64,000 bases of DNA from Euprymna scolopes (lineage: Eukaryota): the NCBI GenBank assembly GCA_053919585.1, contig CM132800.1; one strand, written 5' to 3'. The position numbers and the translations under genes are program-made. The notes below the pieces were generated by a model. It made no database searches and had not been told where the DNA came from. It saw only the letters and a program-made list of their open reading frames with translations. Of the stretch, positions 18,001 to 36,000 are shown in pieces (the stretch's first letter is position 1; the number at the start of each line of letters is the position of its first letter).

Positions 18001-21000
18001 GATATAAGCATATTAATATAATGTCAGTGATATACGCATAGTAATATAATGTCAGTGATATAAGCATATTAATATAATGTCAGTGATATAAGCATAGTAA
18101 TATAATTTCAGTGATATAAACATATTAATATAATGTCAGTGATATAAGCATATTAATATAATTTCAGTGATATAAGCATATTAATTTAATGTCAGTGATA
18201 TAAGCATAGTAATATAATTTCAGTGATATAAGCACATTAATATAATTTCAGTGATATAAGCATATTAATATAATTTCAGTGATATAAGCATATTAATATA
18301 ATTTCACTGATATAAGCATATTAATATAATTTCAGTGATATAAGCATAGTAATATAATTCCGGTGATATAAGCATATTAATATAATTTCAGTGATATAAG
18401 CATATTAATATAATTTCAGTGATATAAGCATACTAATATAATATAAGTAATATTAGAATAGTAATATAATTTTAGTGATATAAGCACATAATTATAATTT
18501 CAGTGATATAAGCATATTAATATAATTTCAGTGATATAAGAATATTAATATAATTTCAGTGATATAAGCATATTAATATAATTTCAGTGATATAAACATA
18601 TTAATATAATTTCAGTGATATAAGCATATTAATATAATTTCAGTGATATAAGCATATTAAGAAAATTTCAGTGATATAAGCATATTAATATCATTTCAGT
18701 GGTATAAGCATATAAATATAATTTCAGTGATATAAGCATATTCATATAATTTCAGTGATATAAGCATATTAATATAATTTCAGTGATATAAGCATATTAA
18801 TATAATTTCAGTGATATAAGCATATTAATATAATTTCAGTGATATAAGCATATCGAAATAATTTAAGTGATAAGCATATTAATATAATTTCAGTTATAAA
18901 GGCATATTAATATAATTTCAGTGATATAAGCATAGTAATATAATTTCAGTGATATAAGCATATTAATATAATTTCAGTGATATAAGCATATCGAAATAAT
19001 TTCAGTGATAAGCATATTAATATAATTTCACTTATAAAGGCATATTAATATTATTTCAGTGATATAAGCATATTAATATAATTTCAGTGATATAAGCACA
19101 TTAATATAATTTCAGTGATATAAGCATATTAATATAATTTCAGTGATAAGCATATTAATATAATTTCAGTGATATAAGCATATTAATATAATTACAGTGA
19201 TATAAGCATATCGAAATAATTTCAGTGATAAGCATATTAATATAATTTCAGTTATATAAGCATATTAATATAATTTCAGTGATATAAGCATATTAATATA
19301 ATTTCAGTGGTATCAGCATATTAATATAATTTCAGTGATATAAGCATATTAATATAATTTCAGTGATATAAGCATATTAACATAATTTCAGTGATATAAG
19401 CATATTAATATAACTTCATTGAAAAGCATATTAATAAAATTTCAGTGATATAAGCATATCGAAATAATTTCAGTGATATAAGCATATTAATATAATTTCA
19501 GTGATATAAGCATATTAATATAATTTCAGTGATATAAGCATATCGAAATAATTTCAGTGATATAAACATATTAATATAATTTCAGTGATATAAGCATATT
19601 AATATAATAGCAGTAATATTAGAATAGTAATATAATTTCCGTGATATAAGCACATTAATATAATTTCAGTGATATAAGCATATTGATATAATATCAATGA
19701 TATAAGCATATTAATATAATTTCAGTCATATAAGCATATTAATATAATGTCAGTGATATAAGCATATTAATATAATCTCAGTGATATAAGCATATTAATA
19801 TAATGTCAGTGATATATGCATAGAAATATAATGTCAGTGATATAAGCATATTAATATAATTTCAGTGATATAAGCATAGTAATATAATTTCAGTGATATA
19901 AGCATATTAATATAATGTCAGTGATATAAGCACATTAATATAATTTCAGTGATATAAGCATATTAATATAATTTCAGTGATATAAGCATATTAATATAAT
20001 GTCAGTGATATAAGTATATTAATATAATTTCAGTGATATAAGCATATTAATATAATGTCAGTGATATAAGCATAGTAATATAATTTCAGTGATATAAGCA
20101 CATTAATATAATTTCAGTGATATAAGCATATTATTATAATTTCAGTGATATAAGCATATTAATATAATGTCAGTAATATAAGCATATTAATATAATTTCA
20201 GTGATATAAGCATAGTAATATAATTCCAGTGATATAAGCATATTAATATATTTTCAGTGATACAAGCATATTAATATAATTTCAGTGATATATGCATACT
20301 AATATAATATCAGTAATATTAGAATAGTAATATAATTTTAGTGATATAAGCACATAATTATAATTTCAGTGATATAAGCATATTAATATAATTTCAGTGA
20401 TATAAGAATATTAATACAATTTCAGTGATATAAGCATATTAATATAATTTCAGTGATATAAACATATTAATATAATTTCAGTGATATAAGCATATTAATA
20501 TAATTTCAGTGATATAAGCATATAATTAAAATTTCAGTGATATAAGCATATTAATATAATTTCAGTGATATAAGCATATTAATATCATTTCAGTGGTATA
20601 AGCATATTAATATAATTTCAGTGATATAAGCATATTAATATAATTTCAGTGATATAAGCATATTAATATAATTTCAGTGATATAAGCATATTAATATAAG
20701 TTAAGTGGTATAAGCATATTAATATAATTTCAGTGATATAAGCATATTAATATAATTTCAGTGATATAAGCATAGTAATATAATTTCAGTGATATAAGCA
20801 TATTAATATAATTTCAGTCGTGTAAGCATATTAATATAATTTCAGTGATATAAACATATTTATATAATTTCAGTGATATAAGCATATTTATATAATTTCA
20901 GTGATAAGCATATTAATATAATTTCAGTGATATAAGCATATTAATATAATTTCAGTTGGTATAAGCATAGTAATATAATTTCAGTGGTATAAGCATATGA

Positions 21001-24000
21001 ATATAATTTCAGTTATATAAGCATATTGATATAATTTCAGTGATATAAGCATATTAATATAATTTCAGTGATATAAGCATATTAACATAATTTGAGTGAT
21101 ATAAGCATATTAATATAACTTCATTGAAAAGCATATTAATAAAATTTCAGTGATATAAGCATATCGAAATAATTTCAGTGATATAAGCATATTAATATAA
21201 TTTCAGTGATATAAGCATATTAATATAATTTCAGTGATATAAGCATATCGAAATAATTTCAGTGATATAAACATATTAATATAATTTCAGTGATATAAGC
21301 ATATTAATATAATAGCAGTAATATTAGAATAGTAATATAATTTCCGTGATATAAGCACATTAATATAATTTCAGTGATATAAGCATATTGATATAATATC
21401 AATGATATAAGCATATTAATATAATTTCAGTCATATAAGCATATTAATATAATGTCAGTGATATAAGCATATTAATATAATCTCAGTGATATAAGCATAT
21501 TAATATAATGTCAGTGATATATGCATAGTAATATAATGTCAGTGATATAAGCATATTAATATAATTTCAGTGATATAAGCATAGTAATATAATTTCAGTG
21601 ATATAAGCATATTAATATAATGTCAGTGATATAAGCACATTAGTATTATTTCAGTGATATAAGCATATTAATATAATTTCAGTGATATAAGCATATTAAT
21701 ATAATGTCAGTGATATAAGTATATTAATATAATGTCAGTGTTATAAGCATATTAATATAATGTCAGTGATATAAGCATAGTAATATAATTTCAGTGATAT
21801 AAGCACATTAATATAATTTCAGTGATATAAGCATATTATTATAATTTCAGTGATATAAGCATATTAATATAATGTCAGTAATATAAGCATATTAATATAA
21901 TTTCAGTGATATAAGCATAGTAATATAATTCCAGTGATATAAGCATATTAATATATTTTCAGTGATACAAGCATATTAATATAATTTCAGTGATATATGC
22001 ATACTAATATAATATCAGTAATATTAGAATAGTAATATAATTTTAGTGATATAAGCACATAATTATAATTTCAGTGATATAAGCATATTAATATAATTTC
22101 AGTGATATAAGAATATTAATACAATTTCAGTGATATAAGCATATTAATATAATTTCAGTGATATAAACATATTAATATAATTTCAGTGATATAAGCATAT
22201 TAATATAATTTCAGTGATATAAGCATATAATTAAAATTTCAGTGATATAAGCATATTAATATAATTTCAGTGATATAAGCATATTAATATCATTTCAGTG
22301 GTATAAGCATATTAATATAATTTCAGTGATATAAGCATATTAATATAATTTCAGTGATATAAGCATATTAATATAATTTCAGTGATATAAGCATATTAAT
22401 ATAAGTTAAGTGGTATAAGCATATTAATATAATTTCAGTGATATAAGCATATTAATATAATTTCAGTGATATAAGCCTAGTAATATAATTTCAGTGATAT
22501 AAGCATATTAATATAATTTCAGTCGTGTAAGCATATTAAAATAATTTCAGTGATATAAACATATTTATATAATTTCAGTGATATAAGCATATTTATATAA
22601 TTTCAGTGATAAGCATATTAATATAATTTCAGTGATATAAGCATATTAATATAATTTCAGTTGATATAAGCATAGTAATATAATTTCAGTGGTATAAGCA
22701 TATGAATATAATTTCAGTGATATAAGCATATTGATATAATTTCAGTGATATAAGCATATTAATATAATTTCAGTGGTATAAGCATATTAATATAATTGCA
22801 GTGGTATAAGCATATTAATATAATTTCAGTGATATAAGTATATTAATATAATTTCAGTTATATAAGCATATCGAAATAATTTAAGTGATAAGCATATTAA
22901 TATAATTTCAGTCGTGTAAGCATATTAATATAATTTCAGTCGTGTAAGCATATTAATATAATTTCAGTGATATAAGCATATTAATATAATTTCAGTGATA
23001 TAAGCATATTAATATAATTTCAGTGATATAAGCATATTAATATAATTTCAGTGATATAAGCATATTAATATAATTTCAGTGACATAAGCATATTAATATA
23101 ATTTCAGTGATATAATCATATTAATATAATTTCAGTGATATAAGCATATTTATATAATTTCAGTGATAAGCATATTAATATAATTTCAGTGATATAAGCA
23201 TATTGATATAATTTCAGTTGGTATAAGCATAGTAATAAAATTTCAGTGGTATAAGCATATGAATATAATTTCAGTGATATAAGTATATTGATATAATTTC
23301 AGTGATATAAGCATATTAATATAATTTCAGTGGTATAAGCATATTAATATAATTGCAGTGGTATAAGCATATTAATATAATTTCAGTGATATCAGTATAT
23401 TAATATAATTTCAGTTATATAAGCATATCGAAATAATTTCAGTGATAAGCATATTAATAAAATTTCAGTGATATAAGCATATTAATATAATTTCAGTTAT
23501 ATAAGCATATTAATATAATTTCAGTGATATAAGCATAGTAATATAATTTCAGTGATATAAGCATATTAATATAATTTCAGTGATATAAGCATATTAATAT
23601 AATTTCAGTGATATAAGCATATCGAAATAATTTCAGTTATATAAGCATAGTAATATAATTTCAGTGATATAAGCATATTAATATAATTTTAGTGATATAA
23701 GCATATAAATATAATTTCAGTGATATAAGCATATTAATATAATTTCAGTGATATAAGCATATTAATATAATTTCAGTGATATAATCATATCAATATAATT
23801 TCAGTGATATAAGCATATTAATATAATAGCAGTAATATTAGAATAGTAATATAATTTCCGTGATATAAGCACATTAATATAATTTCAGTGATATAAGCAT
23901 ATTGATATAATATCAATGATATAAGCATATTAATATAATGTCAGTGATATAAGCATATTAATATAATTTCAGTGATATAAGCACAGTAATATAATTTCAG

Positions 24001-27000
24001 TGATATAAGCATATCGAAATAATTTCAGTGATATAAGCATATTAATATAATTTCAATGATATAAGCATATTAATATAATTTCAGTGATATAAACATATCG
24101 ACATAATTTCAGTGATATAAGCACATTAATATAATTTCAGTGATATAAGCATATTAATATAATTTCAGTGATATAAGCATATTAATATAATATCAGTAAT
24201 ATTAGAATAGTAATATAATTTCAGTGATATAAGCACATTAATATAAATTCAGTGATATAAGCATATTAATATAATATCAGTAATATTATAATAGTAATAT
24301 AATTTCAGTGATATAAGCATATTAATATAATTTCAGTGATATAAGCATAATGATATAATGTCAGTGATATAAGCATATTAATATAATTTCAGTGATATAA
24401 GCATATTAATATAATGTCAGTGATATACGCATAGTAATATAATGTCAGTGATATAAGCATATTAATATAATGTCAGTGATATAAGCATAGTAATATAATT
24501 TCAGTGATATAAACATATTAATATAATGTCAGTGATATAAGCATATTAATATAATTTCAATGATATAAGCATATTAATATAATTTCAGTGATATAAACAT
24601 ATCGACATAATTTCAGTGATATAAGCACATTAATATAATTTCAGTGATATAAGCATATTAATATAATTTCAGTGATATAAGCATATTAATATAATATCAG
24701 TAATATTAGAATAGTAATATAATTTCAGTGATATAAGCACATTAATATAAATTCAGTGATATAAGCATATTAATATAATATCAGTAATATTAGAATAGTA
24801 ATATAATTTCAGTGATATAAGCATATTAATATAATTTCAGTGATATAAGCATATTAATATAATTTAAGTGGTATAAGCATATTAACATAATTTCAGTGAT
24901 ATAAGCATATTAATATAATTTCAGTGATATAAGCATAGTAATATAATTTCAGTGATATAAGCATATTAATATAATTTCAGTCGTGTAAGCATATTAATAT
25001 AATTTCAGTGATATAAACATATTAATATAATTTCAGTGATATAAGCATATTAGTATAATTTCAGTGATATAAGCATATTAATATAATTTCAGTGGTATAA
25101 GCATATTAATATAATTTCAGTGACATAAGCATATTAATATAATTTCAGTGATATAATCATATTAATATAATTTCAGTCGTGTAAGCATATTTATATAATT
25201 TCAGTGATAAGCATATTAATATAATTTCAGTGATAAGCATATTAATATAATTTCAGTGATATAAGCATATTGATATAATTTCAGTGATATAAGCATATTA
25301 ATATAATTTCAGTGGTATAAGCATATTAATATAATTGCAGTCGTATAAGCATATTAATATAATTTCAGTTATATAAGTATATTAATATAATTTCAGTTAT
25401 ATAAGCATATCGAAATAATTTCAGTGATAAGCATATTAATATAATTTCAGTCGTGTAAGCATATTAATATAATTTCAGTCGTGTAAGCATATTAATATAA
25501 TTTCAGTGATATAAGCATATTAATATAATTTCAGTGATATAAGCATATTAATATAAGTTCAGTGATATAAGCATATTAAAATAATTTCAGTGATATAAGC
25601 ATATTAATATAATTTCAGTGACATAAGCATATTAATATAATTTCAGTGATATAATCATATTAATATAATTTCAGTTATATAAGCATATTTATATAATTTC
25701 AGTAATAAGCATATTAAAATAATTTAAGTGATATAAGCATATTAATATAATTTCAGTTGGTATAAGCATAGTAATATAATTTCAGTGGTATAAGCATATG
25801 AATATAATTTCAGTGATATAAGCATATTAATATAATTTCAGTGGTATAAGCATATTAATATAATTGCAGTGGTATAAGCATATTAATATAATTTCAGTGA
25901 TATAAGTATATTAATATAATTTCAGTTATATAAGCATATCGAAATAATTTCAGTGATAAGCATATTAATATAATTTCAGTGATATAAGCATATTAATATA
26001 ATTTCAGTGATATAAGCATATTAATATAATTTCAGTGATATAATCATATCAATATAATTTCAGTGATATAAGCATATTAATATAATTTTAGTGATGTAAG
26101 CATTTTAATATAATTTCAGTGATATAAGCATATTAATATAATTTCAGTGATAAGCATATTAATATAATTTCAGTGATATAAGCATATCGAAATAATTTTA
26201 GTGATAAGCATATTTGTATATTTTCAGTGATATAAGCATATTAATATAATTTCAGTGGTATAAGCATAGTAATATGATTTCAGTGATATAAGCATATTAA
26301 TATAATTTCAGTGATATAAGCACATTAATATAATTTCAGTGATATAAGCATATTAATATTATTTCAGTGATATAAGCATATTGATATAATTTCAGTGATA
26401 TAAGCATATTAATATAATTTCAGTGATAAGCATATAAATATAATGTCAGTGATATAAGCATATTAATATAATTTCAGTGATATAAGCATATCGAAATAAT
26501 TTCAGTGATAAGCATATTAATATAATTTCAGTGATACAAGCATATTAATATTATTTCAGTGATATAAGCATATTAATATAATTTTAGTGATATAATCATA
26601 TTAATACAATTTCAGTGATATACGCATATAGAAATAATTTAAGTGATATAAGCATAGTAATATAATTTCAGTGGTATAAGCATATTAATATAAGTTCAGT
26701 GATATAAGCATATCAAAATAATTTCAGTGATATAAGCATATTAATATAATTTCAGTGATATAAGCACATTAATATAATTTCAGTGATATAAGAATATTAA
26801 TATAATTTCAATGATATAAGTACCTTAATATAATTTCAGTGATATAAGCATATTAATATAATTTCAGTGATATAATCATATTAATATAATTTCAGTGATA
26901 TAAGCATATAAATATAATATCAGTGATATATGCATATTAATATAATTTTAGTGATATAAGTATATTAATATAATTTCAGTGATATAAGCATATTAATATA

Positions 27001-30000
27001 ATTTCAGTGATATAAGCATATTAATATAATTTCAGTGATATAAGCATATTAATAGATTTTCAGTGATAAGCATATTAATATAATTTCAGTGGTATAAGCA
27101 TAGTAATATAATTTCAGTGATATAAGCACATTAATATAATTTCAGTGATATAAGCATTTTAACATAATTTCAGTGATATAATCATATTAATAAAATTTCA
27201 GTGATATAAGTATATTAATATAATTTCAGTGATATAAGCATATTAATATAATTTAAGTGATATAAGCATATTAATATAATTTCAGTGATATAAGCATAGT
27301 AATATAATTCCAGTGATATAAGCATATTAATATAATTTCAGTGATATAAGCATATTAATATAATTTCAGTGATTTATGCATACTAATATAATATCAGTAA
27401 TATTAGAATAGTAATATTATTTTAGTGATATAAGCACATAATTATAATTTCAGTGATATAAGCATATTAATATAATTTCAGTGATATAAGAATATTAATA
27501 CAATTTCAGTGATATAAGCATATTAATATAATTTCAGTGATATAAACATATTACTATAATTTCAGTGATATAAGCATATTAATATAATTTCAGTGATATA
27601 AGCATATTAATAAAATTTCAGTGATATAAGCATATTAATATAATTTCACTGATATAAGCATATTAATATCATTTCAGTGGTATAAGCATATTAATATAAT
27701 TTCAGTGATATAAGCATATTAATATAATTTCAGTGATATAAGCATATTAATATAATTTCAGTGATATAAGCATATTAATATAATTTAAGTGGTATAAGCA
27801 TATTAATATAATTTCAGTGATATAAGCATATTAATATAATTTCAGTGATATAAGCATAGTAATATAATTTCAGTGATATAAGCATATTAATATAATTTCA
27901 GTCGTGTATGCATATTAATATAATTTCAGTGATATAAACATATTAATATAATTTCAGTGATATAAGCATATTTATATAATTTCAGTGATAAGCATATTAA
28001 TATAATTTCAGTGATATAAGCATATTAATATAATTTCAGTTGGTATAAGCATAGTAATATAATTTCAGTAGTATAAGCATATGAATATAATTTCAGTGAT
28101 ATAAGCATATTAATATAATTTCAGTGGTATAAGCATATTAATATAATTGCAGTGGTATAAGCATATTAATATAATGTCAGTGATATAAGTATATTTATGT
28201 AATTTCAGTTATATAAGCATATCGAAATAATTTAAGTGATAAGCATATTAATATAATTTCAGTCGTGTAAGCATATTAATATAATTTCAGTCGTGTAAGC
28301 ATATTAATATAATTTCAGTGATATAAGCATATTAATATAATTTCAGTGATATAAGCATATCGAAATAATTTCAGTGATATAAGCATATTAATATAATTTC
28401 AATGATATAAGCATATTAATATAATTTCAGTGATATAAACATATCGACATAATTTCAGTGATATAAGCACATTAATATAATTTCAGTGATATAAGCATAT
28501 TAATATAATTTCAGTGATATAAGCATATTAATATAATATCAGTAATATTAGAATAGTAATATAATTTCAGTGATATAAGCACATTAATATAAATTCAGTG
28601 ATATAAGCATATTAATATAATATCAGTAATATTAGAATAGTAATATAATTTCAGTGATATAAGCATATTAATATAATTTCACTGATATAAGCATATTAAT
28701 ATAATTTCAGTGATATAAGCATAGTAATATAATTTCAGTGATATAAGCATATTAATATAATTTCAGTCGTGTTAGCATATTAATATAATTTCAGTGATAT
28801 AAACATATTAATATAATTTCAGTGATATAAGCATATTAGTATAATTTCAGTGATATAAGCATATTAATATAATTTCAGTGATATAAGCATATTAATATTA
28901 TTTCAGTGACATAAGCATATTAATATAATTTCAGTGATATAATCATATTAATATAATTTCAGTGATATAAGCATATTTATATAATTTCAGTGATAAGCAT
29001 ATTAATATAATTTCAGTGATATAAGCATATTAATATAATTTCAGTTGGTATAAGCATAGTAATATAATTTCAGTGGTATAAGCATATGAATATAATTTCA
29101 GTGATATAAGCATATTGATATAATTTCAGTGATATAAGCATATTAATATAATTTCAGTGGTATAAGCATATTAATATAATTGCAGTCGTATAAGCATATT
29201 AATATAATTTCAGTGATATAAGTATATTAATATAATTTCAGTTATATAAGCATATCGAAATAATTTCAGTGATAAGCATATTAATATAATTTCAGTCGTG
29301 TAAGCATATTAATATAATTTCAGTCGTGTAAGCATATTAATATAATTTCAGTGATATAAGCATATTAATATAATTTCAGTGATATAAGCATATTAATATA
29401 ATTTCAGTGATATAAGCATATTAAAATAATTTCAGTGATATAAGCATATTAATATAATTTCAGTGACATAAGCATATTAATATAATTTCAGTGATATAAT
29501 CATATTAATATAATTTCAGTTATATAAGCATATTTATATAATTTCAGTGATAAGCATATTAAAATAATTTCAGTGATATAAGCATATTAATATAATTTCA
29601 GTTGGTATAAGCATAGTAATATAATTTCAGTGGTATAAGCATATGAATATAATTTCAGTGATATAAGCATATTAATATAATTTCAGTGGTATAAGCATAT
29701 TAATATAATTGCAGTGGTATAAGCATATTAATATAATTTCAGTGATATAAGTATATTAATATAATTTCAGTTATATAAGCATATCGAAATAATTTCAGTG
29801 ATAAGCATAATGATATAATTTCAGTGATATAAGCATATTAATATAATTTCAGTTATATAAGCATATTAATATAATTTCAGTGGTATAAGCATATTAATCT
29901 AATTTCAGTGATATAAGCATATCGAAATAATTTCAGTGATATAAGCATATTAATATAATTTCAGTGATATAAGCATATCGAAATAATTTTAGTGATATAA

Positions 30001-33000
30001 GCATAGTAATATAATTTCAGTGATATAAGCATATTATTATAATTTTAGTGATATAAGCATATTAATATAATTTCAGTTATATAAGCATATTAATATAATT
30101 TCAGTGATATAAGCATATTAATATAATTTCAGTGATATAATCATATCAATATAATTTCAGTGATATAAGCATATTAATATAATTTCAGTGATGTAAACAT
30201 TTTAATATAATTTCAGTGATATAAGCATATTAATCTAATTTCAGTGATAAGCATATTAATATAATTTCAGTGATATAAGCATATCGAAATAATTTTAGTG
30301 ATAAGCATATTTGTATATTTTCAGTGATATAAGCATATTAATATAATTTCAGTGGTATAAGCATAGTAATATGATTTCAGTGATATAAGCATATTAATAT
30401 AATTTCAGTGATATAAGCACATTAATATAATTTCAGTGATATAAGCATATTAATATAATTTCAGTGATATAAGCATATTGATATAATTTCAGTGATATAA
30501 GCATATTAATATAATTTCAGTGATAAGCATATTAATATAATGTCAGTGATATAAGCATATTAATATAATTTCAGTGATATAAGCATATCGAAATAATTTC
30601 AGTGATAAGCATATTAATATAATTTCAGTGATACAAGCATATTAATATAATTTCAATGATATAAGCATATTAATATAATTTCAGTGATATAAACATATCG
30701 ACATAATTTCAGTGATATAAGCACATTAATATAATTTCAGTGATATAAGCATATTAATATAATTTCAGTGATATAAGCATATTAATATAATATCAGTAAT
30801 ATTAGAATAGTAATATAATTTCAGTGATATAAGCACATTAATATAAATTCAGTGATATAAGCATATTAATATAATATCAGTAATATTATAATAGTAATAT
30901 AATTTCAGTGATATAAGCATATTAATATAATTTCAGTGATATAAGCATAATGATATAATGTCAGTGATATAAGCATATTAATATAATTTCAGTGATATAA
31001 GCATATTAATATAATGTCAGTGATATACGCATAGTAATATAATGTCAGTGATATAAGCATATTAATATAATGTCAGTGATATAAGCATAGTAATATAATT
31101 TCAGTGATATAAACATATTAATATAATGTCAGTGATATAAGCATATTAATATAATTTCAATGATATAAGCATATTAATATAATTTCAGTGATATAAACAT
31201 ATCGACATAATTTCAGTGATATAAGCACATTAATATAATTTCAGTGATATAAGCATATTAATATAATTTCAGTGATATAAGCATATTAATATAATATCAG
31301 TAATATTAGAATAGTAATATAATTTCAGTGATATAAGCACATTAATATAAATTCAGTGATATAAGCATATTAATATAATATCAGTAATATTAGAATAGTA
31401 ATATAATTTCAGTGATATAAGCATATTAATATAATTTCAGTGATATAAGCATATTAATATAATTTAAGTGGTATAAGCATATTAACATAATTTCAGTGAT
31501 ATAAGCATATTAATATAATTTCAGTGATATAAGCATAGTAATATAATTTCAGTGATATAAGCATATTAATATAATTTCAGTCGTGTAAGCATATTAATAT
31601 AATTTCAGTGATATAAACATATTAATATAATTTCAGTGATATAAGCATATTAGTATAATTTCAGTGATATAAGCATATTAATATAATTTCAGTGGTATAA
31701 GCATATTAATATAATTTCAGTGACATAAGCATATTAATATAATTTCAGTGATATAATCATATTAATATAATTTCAGTCGTGTAAGCATATTTATATAATT
31801 TCAGTGATAAGCATATTAATATAATTTCAGTGATAAGCATATTAATATAATTTCAGTGATATAAGCATATTGATATAATTTCAGTGATATAAGCATATTA
31901 ATATAATTTCAGTGGTATAAGCATATTAATATAATTGCAGTCGTATAAGCATATTAATATAATTTCAGTTATATAAGTATATTAATATAATTTCAGTTAT
32001 ATAAGCATATCGAAATAATTTCAGTGATAAGCATATTAATATAATTTCAGTCGTGTAAGCATATTAATATAATTTCAGTCGTGTAAGCATATTAATATAA
32101 TTTCAGTGATATAAGCATATTAATATAATTTCAGTGATATAAGCATATTAATATAAGTTCAGTGATATAAGCATATTAAAATAATTTCAGTGATATAAGC
32201 ATATTAATATAATTTCAGTGACATAAGCATATTAATATAATTTCAGTGATATAATCATATTAATATAATTTCAGTTATATAAGCATATTTATATAATTTC
32301 AGTAATAAGCATATTAAAATAATTTAAGTGATATAAGCATATTAATATAATTTCAGTTGGTATAAGCATAGTAATATAATTTCAGTGGTATAAGCATATG
32401 AATATAATTTCAGTGATATAAGCATATTAATATAATTTCAGTGGTATAAGCATATTAATATAATTGCAGTGGTATAAGCATATTAATATAATTTCAGTGA
32501 TATAAGTATATTAATATAATTTCAGTTATATAAGCATATCGAAATAATTTCAGTGATAAGCATATTAATATAATTTCAGTGATATAAGCATATTAATATA
32601 ATTTCAGTGATATAAGCATATTAATATAATTTCAGTGATATAATCATATCAATATAATTTCAGTGATATAAGCATATTAATATAATTTCAGTGATGTAAG
32701 CATTTTAATATAATTTCAGTGATATAAGCATATTAATATAATTTCAGTGATAAGCATATTAATATAATTTCAGTGATATAAGCATATCGAAATAATTTTA
32801 GTGATAAGCATATTTGTATATTTTCAGTGATATAAGCATATTAATATAATTTCAGTGGTATAAGCATAGTAATATGATTTCAGTGATATAAGCATATTAA
32901 TATAATTTCAGTGATATAAGCACATTAATATAATTTCAGTGATATAAGCATATTAATATTATTTCAGTGATATAAGCATATTGATATAATTTCAGTGATA

Positions 33001-36000
33001 TAAGCATATTAATATAATTTCAGTGATAAGCATATAAATATAATGTCAGTGATATAAGCATATTAATATAATTTCAGTGATATAAGCATATCGAAATAAT
33101 TTCAGTGATAAGCATATTAATATAATTTCAGTGATACAAGCATATTAATATTATTTCAGTGATATAAGCATATTAATATAATTTTAGTGATATAATCATA
33201 TTAATACAATTTCAGTGATATACGCATATAGAAATAATTTAAGTGATATAAGCATAGTAATATAATTTCAGTGGTATAAGCATATTAATATAAGTTCAGT
33301 GATATAAGCATATCAAAATAATTTCAGTGATATAAGCATATTAATATAATTTCAGTGATATAAGCACATTAATATAATTTCAGTGATATAAGAATATTAA
33401 TATAATTTCAATGATATAAGTACCTTAATATAATTTCAGTGATATAAGCATATTAATATAATTTCAGTGATATAATCATATTAATATAATTTCAGTGATA
33501 TAAGCATATAAATATAATATCAGTGATATATGCATATTAATATAATTTTAGTGATATAAGTATATTAATATAATTTCAGTGATATAAGCATATTAATATA
33601 ATTTCAGTGATATAAGCATATTAATATAATTTCAGTGATATAAGCATATTAATAGATTTTCAGTGATAAGCATATTAATATAATTTCAGTGGTATAAGCA
33701 TAGTAATATAATTTCAGTGATATAAGCACATTAATATAATTTCAGTGATATAAGCATTTTAACATAATTTCAGTGATATAATCATATTAATAAAATTTCA
33801 GTGATATAAGTATATTAATATAATTTCAGTGATATAAGCATATTAATATAATTTAAGTGATATAAGCATATTAATATAATTTCAGTGATATAAGCATAGT
33901 AATATAATTCCAGTGATATAAGCATATTAATATAATTTCAGTGATATAAGCATATTAATATAATTTCAGTGATTTATGCATACTAATATAATATCAGTAA
34001 TATTAGAATAGTAATATTATTTTAGTGATATAAGCACATAATTATAATTTCAGTGATATAAGCATATTAATATAATTTCAGTGATATAAGAATATTAATA
34101 CAATTTCAGTGATATAAGCATATTAATATAATTTCAGTGATATAAACATATTACTATAATTTCAGTGATATAAGCATATTAATATAATTTCAGTGATATA
34201 AGCATATTAATAAAATTTCAGTGATATAAGCATATTAATATAATTTCACTGATATAAGCATATTAATATCATTTCAGTGGTATAAGCATATTAATATAAT
34301 TTCAGTGATATAAGCATATTAATATAATTTCAGTGATATAAGCATATTAATATAATTTCAGTGATATAAGCATATTAATATAATTTAAGTGGTATAAGCA
34401 TATTAATATAATTTCAGTGATATAAGCATATTAATATAATTTCAGTGATATAAGCATAGTAATATAATTTCAGTGATATAAGCATATTAATATAATTTCA
34501 GTCGTGTATGCATATTAATATAATTTCAGTGATATAAACATATTAATATAATTTCAGTGATATAAGCATATTTATATAATTTCAGTGATAAGCATATTAA
34601 TATAATTTCAGTGATATAAGCATATTAATATAATTTCAGTTGGTATAAGCATAGTAATATAATTTCAGTAGTATAAGCATATGAATATAATTTCAGTGAT
34701 ATAAGCATATTAATATAATTTCAGTGGTATAAGCATATTAATATAATTGCAGTGGTATAAGCATATTAATATAATGTCAGTGATATAAGTATATTTATGT
34801 AATTTCAGTTATATAAGCATATCGAAATAATTTAAGTGATAAGCATATTAATATAATTTCAGTCGTGTAAGCATATTAATATAATTTCAGTCGTGTAAGC
34901 ATATTAATATAATTTCAGTGATATAAGCATATTAATATAATTTCAGTGATATAAGCATATCGAAATAATTTCAGTGATATAAGCATATTAATATAATTTC
35001 AATGATATAAGCATATTAATATAATTTCAGTGATATAAACATATCGACATAATTTCAGTGATATAAGCACATTAATATAATTTCAGTGATATAAGCATAT
35101 TAATATAATTTCAGTGATATAAGCATATTAATATAATATCAGTAATATTAGAATAGTAATATAATTTCAGTGATATAAGCACATTAATATAAATTCAGTG
35201 ATATAAGCATATTAATATAATATCAGTAATATTAGAATAGTAATATAATTTCAGTGATATAAGCATATTAATATAATTTCACTGATATAAGCATATTAAT
35301 ATAATTTCAGTGATATAAGCATAGTAATATAATTTCAGTGATATAAGCATATTAATATAATTTCAGTCGTGTTAGCATATTAATATAATTTCAGTGATAT
35401 AAACATATTAATATAATTTCAGTGATATAAGCATATTAGTATAATTTCAGTGATATAAGCATATTAATATAATTTCAGTGATATAAGCATATTAATATTA
35501 TTTCAGTGACATAAGCATATTAATATAATTTCAGTGATATAATCATATTAATATAATTTCAGTGATATAAGCATATTTATATAATTTCAGTGATAAGCAT
35601 ATTAATATAATTTCAGTGATATAAGCATATTAATATAATTTCAGTTGGTATAAGCATAGTAATATAATTTCAGTGGTATAAGCATATGAATATAATTTCA
35701 GTGATATAAGCATATTGATATAATTTCAGTGATATAAGCATATTAATATAATTTCAGTGGTATAAGCATATTAATATAATTGCAGTCGTATAAGCATATT
35801 AATATAATTTCAGTGATATAAGTATATTAATATAATTTCAGTTATATAAGCATATCGAAATAATTTCAGTGATAAGCATATTAATATAATTTCAGTCGTG
35901 TAAGCATATTAATATAATTTCAGTCGTGTAAGCATATTAATATAATTTCAGTGATATAAGCATATTAATATAATTTCAGTGATATAAGCATATTAATATA

